Source: Salinimicrobium gaetbulicola (GTDB taxonomy: Bacteria > Bacteroidota > Bacteroidia > Flavobacteriales > Flavobacteriaceae). Taken from it: a stretch of DNA of 64,000 nucleotides. The position numbers and the translations under genes are program-made. This document shows, one piece after another, positions 60,213-64,000 of the stretch (the first letter of the stretch is position 1; each line of letters opens with the position of its first letter). The DNA lies in assembly GCF_042676025.1 (NCBI RefSeq), contig NZ_JBHTJP010000032.1, positions 873,709-937,708 on the forward strand, given 5' to 3'. Below the pieces are notes generated by a model. The model made no database searches. It had not been told where the DNA came from and saw only the letters and a program-made list of their open reading frames with translations.

Positions 60213-61430
60213 TTAATGAACAATGATAGCATCTGCGTTTCCGTCAGGATCACCGTTTACAGTTCCGTCTGTACTTGCATTTCCTAAAAGAAGTACACCG
60301 GCAGCATGTGGAGATGCCATAGAAGTACCGCTAATAGTATTATAACCACCATCTTTCCATGTAGACTTAATAGCCACACCAGGTGCACAATAATCTACTG
60401 GCGGGTTACTGAAGTTAGAGAAAGAAGCCCAGTTATCATTTTTATCCATGGCAGAAATTGTATAGATATTTGGACCATTTGCTCTGGCTGGAGAATGGTT
60501 ATTCGCATCATCAGTCTCATTACCGGCTGCAAGTGCGAAAATAATTCCAGATGCAGCAGCATTTTTCACAGCTGTATCCAAAGCATCTGAAACAGGACCT
60601 CCAAGACTCATGTTTGCAACATCACCTGGATTTCCATTTTGAGCAACATGGTTAACACCCGCAATAACTCCTGAATAAGATCCGCTTCCACGGCTATCCA
60701 AAACCTTTACAGGGATTACAGTTGCTCCCGGAGCAACACCAATTACCCCTTCGCTGTTATCAAGAGCACCAATGGTCCCTGCAACGTGAGATCCGTGACC
60801 GTTACCATCGTCAAGAGATTTGGCATCTCTTCCTGAAGTAAAAGCGTTAAACCCTCTTGAAGCGTCTACATTAAGGTCAGGGTGATCAAGATCGATTCCT
60901 GAATCGATTATCCAGGCCACGCCAGATCCGGTATAAGCACCGCCTCCATTAACTCTGGTGATACCGAAAGGAACTTCCTGACCGCTTCCACCTCCTCCGG
61001 TTCCTGGATCTGAACAAGGGTTAGTTGGAGTTCCACAAGGAGGTGCCAAAGCAATAATTCTGTCTTGCTCCACAAAAGCCACGTCTGCACTGTTTCTTAG
61101 CTTAGCAGCCTGGTCTTTTGTCATCCTTACACTAACACCTGAAAGTGCAGCACTATAAACACTTAAGATCTCAGCATTACCGATCATATTGTCGGACATT
61201 ATCTTCTGGGTCTTAGATTTGACCGCTTCCTTGTTCAGGTTATGATCTCCCTGTAATTTTCCGCCTTCGCGGTACACAACTATATACTGGTCAGGAATAG
61301 GTTGTGAAAAAGCTTGAGCAGCTTCCGGTGCATCTGGGGTTGAAACTTCTGTTCCGTCTTTGGAGCAGGAAACAAATGCTGTCGCAGCAAATGCTAAAGC
61401 CCAAAGAGTAGAGGTTTTTTTAAACTTCAT
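60213..61430 (-). CDS. S8-family subtilisin-like serine peptidase with I9 propeptide, lipoprotein
   Basis: Lipobox (FVSCSKDG). Asp block (IDSGID), His block (GHGSHVAGT) and Ser block (GTSMASPHAAG). Confidence 0.85.
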   Translation of the reverse strand: MKFKKTSTLWALAFAATAFVSCSKDGTEVSTPDAPEAAQAFSQPIPDQYIVVYREGGKLQGDHNLNKEAVKSKTQKIMSDNMIGNAEILSVYSAALSGVSVRMTKDQAAKLRNSADVAFVEQDRIIALAPPCGTPTNPCSDPGTGGGGSGQEVPFGITRVNGGGAYTGSGVAWIIDSGIDLDHPDLNVDASRGFNAFTSGRDAKSLDDGNGHGSHVAGTIGALDNSEGVIGVAPGATVIPVKVLDSRGSGSYSGVIAGVNHVAQNGNPGDVANMSLGGPVSDALDTAVKNAAASGIIFALAAGNETDDANNHSPARANGPNIYTISAMDKNDNWASFSNFSNPPVDYCAPGVAIKSTWKDGGYNTISGTSMASPHAAGVLLLGNASTDGTVNGDPDGNADAIIVH

Positions 61431-61649
61431 AAAGTAAATTTTAATGGTTAATGTTAAAAGATTTGCCGAATCTATGTTTTATTAATTAAAATTAAAATTT
61501 TTTAACATTTAAAGAATCAGCAATAAACTCATTAAAAAGCATCATATTAGACACAAATCCCCCATAAAACCTACACCTATTGACGTAAAAAAGGGCAACT
61601 GTTAAAAATTTCACAGCCGCCCTTTTTCGGTTTTATAATAATCTGAAAG

Positions 61650-61961
61650 TTACTCAGCCTTCTCGCCTTCCCATTGTGAAAAACCTCCAATAAGATTATA
61701 GGTTTGCTTAAAGCCTTTTTGATCCATCAAATTACAGGCTTGAGCACTTCTTGCCCCCGACCTGCAATACACATAATAATTCTTTTCTTTATCCAGCTTA
61801 TCAAGTTCCTGAAGAAACTCCTGGCCTTTATAAATATCTATATTTTTGGCTTCAGGAATATACCCTTCTTCCACCTCTAATTCGGTTCTCACATCAAGGA
61901 TCACGGCATTGTCGTCATTACTGATCTGCTTTCTCCACTCTTCTTGTGATAATTCTTTCAT
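61650..61961 (-). CDS. rhodanese-like single-domain sulfurtransferase
   Basis: Active-site loop CRSGARS, ~100 aa. Confidence 0.8.
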   Translation of the reverse strand: MKELSQEEWRKQISNDDNAVILDVRTELEVEEGYIPEAKNIDIYKGQEFLQELDKLDKEKNYYVYCRSGARSAQACNLMDQKGFKQTYNLIGGFSQWEGEKAE

Positions 61962-62122
61962 AAACGCTATTTTTAATTTGTTATATACCTACAATAAATG
62001 TTCCGCTCGCAAATATAAGAATCCAAACTTCCCACCTTCGTTAGAGGATTCAAAAATCTACGATGTTATAATCTGTCATAAAAAGTTGGTAATAATACAA
62101 ATCCCTTTTATATTTGTCCGCA

Positions 62123-62179
62123 ATGAACCTAACTGTACAACATAACTGGTGGTGGAAATACTTACGTCAAACGTCGTGA
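62123..62179 (+). CDS. trp operon leader peptide MNLTVQHNWWWKYLRQTS
   Basis: An 18-codon ORF with three consecutive TGG codons. It lies immediately upstream of a hairpin plus T-run and of trpE. Confidence 0.65.
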   Translation: MNLTVQHNWWWKYLRQTS

Positions 62180-62205
62180 GCAACACCTCCTGTAACTATA
62201 TTACA

Positions 62206-62240
62206 AAGGCTTGTCATCGCGACAAGCCTTTTTTATTTTC
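62206..62240 (+). terminator. attenuator terminator of the trp leader
   Basis: AAGGCTTGTCatcgcGACAAGCCTT followed by TTTTATTTT, 48 nt upstream of trpE. Confidence 0.7.
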
Positions 62241-62287
62241 AGCTATTTTGATCTTCTGCAGAAGCGGAATCATTTAAAAAGACAAAC

Positions 62288-63682
62288 ATGATTAAACTGA
62301 ATACCACTTATAAAAAGTTACTTGCCGATACCTTTACCCCTGTAAGTATTTATTTAAAGATAAGAGACCGCTACCCGAACAGTCTCCTGCTTGAAAGTAG
62401 CGATTACCACGGCAGTGAGAACAGTTTTTCATATATATGCTGTAATCCGCTTGCGTCAATAAAGGTTCAAAATGAAAAGGTCACCGAAACTTTTCCTGAC
62501 GGTAGTTTAAAAGAGACTAATATTACCGGCGAAACCAGTATTCCCGAAACCGTACAAAACTTTGCCCGTCAGTTTGAGACGACAGGCCCTCACTTTAATT
62601 TCATTAACCAGGGTCTCTTCGGATACATCGCCTATGATGCGGTAAAATATTTCGAAAACATCGAACTTCAGAAGAAAAAAGGAGACCTTCAAATCCCCGA
62701 AATTTATTACGCCGTCTATCAGAACATTATTGCGATCAACCACTTCAACAATGAGGCGTATATTTTTGATCATAGCGTCAATTCCGAAAATAACCTGGAT
62801 GAGATCGAGCAGCTTTTAAAAGTGAAGAATTTTGCTTCCTTTCATTTTTCCGCGGAAGGTGAGCCGGTTTCAAATGAAACCGATGAAGGTTATATTGAAA
62901 AAGTGTTGGAGGCAAAAAAACATTGCCATCGCGGAGATGTTTTCCAAATGGTACTCTCCCGAAGATTCTCACAGGCCTTTAAAGGGGATGAATTCAATGT
63001 TTATAGAGCCCTGCGGAATGTGAATCCTTCCCCATATTTATTTTACTTCGATTACGGTGATTTTAAGATCTTCGGAAGTTCTCCCGAAGCTCAACTGGTA
63101 GTAAAAGATGATAAGGCTGAGATCCATCCCATCGCCGGAACTTTTAAGAGAACGGGAAACGATGAACACGATGCTCAAAGCGCTAAAGCACTGGCCGCCG
63201 ACGAAAAAGAAAATGCAGAACACGTAATGCTCGTTGACCTTGCCCGTAATGACCTGAGTCGTCATGGTAGTGAGGTGAAAGTGGAAACTTATAAAGAGAT
63301 CCAATTCTTTTCACATGTGATCCACCTGGTAAGTAAGGTTACTGGTAAAAAGAACGATGACACCAGCACTATGCAAATGGTGGCAGATACTTTTCCTGCC
63401 GGTACTTTGAGTGGCGCACCAAAACACAAGGCGATGCAACTCATTGAGAAATTAGAGAATGTGAACCGGGATTTCTATGGTGGAGCCATCGGGTTTATGG
63501 ATTTCAAAGGAAATTTCAATCATGCGATCGTCATACGATCTTTTTTGAGTAAAAATCATCAGCTTCATTACCAGGCGGGAGCCGGAATTGTTTCCGAATC
63601 AAAAGAAGAGAATGAATTACAGGAAGTTTATAACAAATTAGGCGCCCTTACCCGGGCACTTGAAATAGCAGAAACCATCTAA
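62288..63682 (+). CDS. trpE: anthranilate synthase component I
   Basis: C-terminal chorismate-binding blocks (…IAGT.KR…, NDLSRHG, …GAPK..AM..I..LE…RG.YGGA.G) and a leader with Trp codons upstream. Confidence 0.9.
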   Translation: MIKLNTTYKKLLADTFTPVSIYLKIRDRYPNSLLLESSDYHGSENSFSYICCNPLASIKVQNEKVTETFPDGSLKETNITGETSIPETVQNFARQFETTGPHFNFINQGLFGYIAYDAVKYFENIELQKKKGDLQIPEIYYAVYQNIIAINHFNNEAYIFDHSVNSENNLDEIEQLLKVKNFASFHFSAEGEPVSNETDEGYIEKVLEAKKHCHRGDVFQMVLSRRFSQAFKGDEFNVYRALRNVNPSPYLFYFDYGDFKIFGSSPEAQLVVKDDKAEIHPIAGTFKRTGNDEHDAQSAKALAADEKENAEHVMLVDLARNDLSRHGSEVKVETYKEIQFFSHVIHLVSKVTGKKNDDTSTMQMVADTFPAGTLSGAPKHKAMQLIEKLENVNRDFYGGAIGFMDFKGNFNHAIVIRSFLSKNHQLHYQAGAGIVSESKEENELQEVYNKLGALTRALEIAETI

Positions 63683-63712
63683 TCCCGGTAAAATGGGAAT
63701 AACTATATAGAG

Positions 63713-64000
63713 ATGAAAAAGAATACAAAACAAATTTCAGTACTGGTGATCGATAATTACGATTCCTTTGTTTACAACCTGGTTCATTACCTGGAAGAAT
63801 TGGATTGCAAAGTCACCGTAAAACGAAATAATGAACTTGATCTCGAAGAAGTAGAGGACTACGACAAGATCCTGCTTTCTCCCGGACCCGGAATACCGGA
63901 TGAAGCCGGCCTACTTAAAGCAATCATTTCCAAATACGCATCCAAAAAGAGCATTTTAGGAGTCTGTCTCGGGCAGCAAGCTATAGGGGAAGTTTTTGGC
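63713..64000 (+). CDS. trpG: anthranilate synthase component II / glutamine amidotransferase (5' partial, runs off window)
   Basis: …VLVIDNYDSFVYNLVHYL…ILLSPGPGIP…GVCLGQQAI (the catalytic Cys of GATase type 1). Truncated by the window end. Confidence 0.85.
   Translation, partial: MKKNTKQISVLVIDNYDSFVYNLVHYLEELDCKVTVKRNNELDLEEVEDYDKILLSPGPGIPDEAGLLKAIISKYASKKSILGVCLGQQAIGEVFG

Overview
The window is a gene-dense chromosomal segment whose proteins look Bacteroidota/Flavobacteriia-like; that placement is inference from protein content and lipoprotein signals, with no database search run. Housekeeping genes fill the first ~27 kb and the last ~20 kb. Recognisable ones are cysteine synthase, a LolE-like ABC permease, FtsE, TypA/BipA, KdsA, a class II ribonucleotide reductase, an nrfH-nrfA-ccsBA nitrite-ammonification operon, KatG, and a trpE/trpG operon preceded by a Trp-Trp-Trp leader-peptide attenuator. 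The centre is the accessory part. A tmRNA (ssrA) gene at 27130-27527 encodes the tag GENNYALAA. It is followed by three further partial copies of its 3' end plus terminator, at ~27680, ~38191 and ~44228. These copies delimit two accessory segments and look like att-type scars of repeated integration at ssrA, although no integrase is present in the window. The first segment (27.7-38.2 kb) carries a phage-CI/LexA-like HTH-S24 repressor divergent from an operon that encodes a YbjN-like protein, a PspA/IM30 homologue, an NfeD/YqiJ-like membrane protein and a flotillin. After a terminator comes a 1642-aa protein with one AAA+ ATPase domain. This is the strongest candidate for an undescribed, possibly damage- or phage-inducible, membrane-remodelling or defence module. 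The second segment (38.2-44.2 kb) carries a TonB-dependent receptor, a PepSY protein, a PQQ-type sugar dehydrogenase and a small lipoprotein with three HxH motifs, which suggests metal uptake. Other observations are a four-helix-bundle gene flanked by short inverted repeats, a four-lipoprotein CsgG-like/DUF4810/DUF799 operon, and several bidirectional rho-independent terminators. No CRISPR arrays, rRNA or tRNA genes were seen. All domain calls rest on motifs recognised by eye in the supplied translations.
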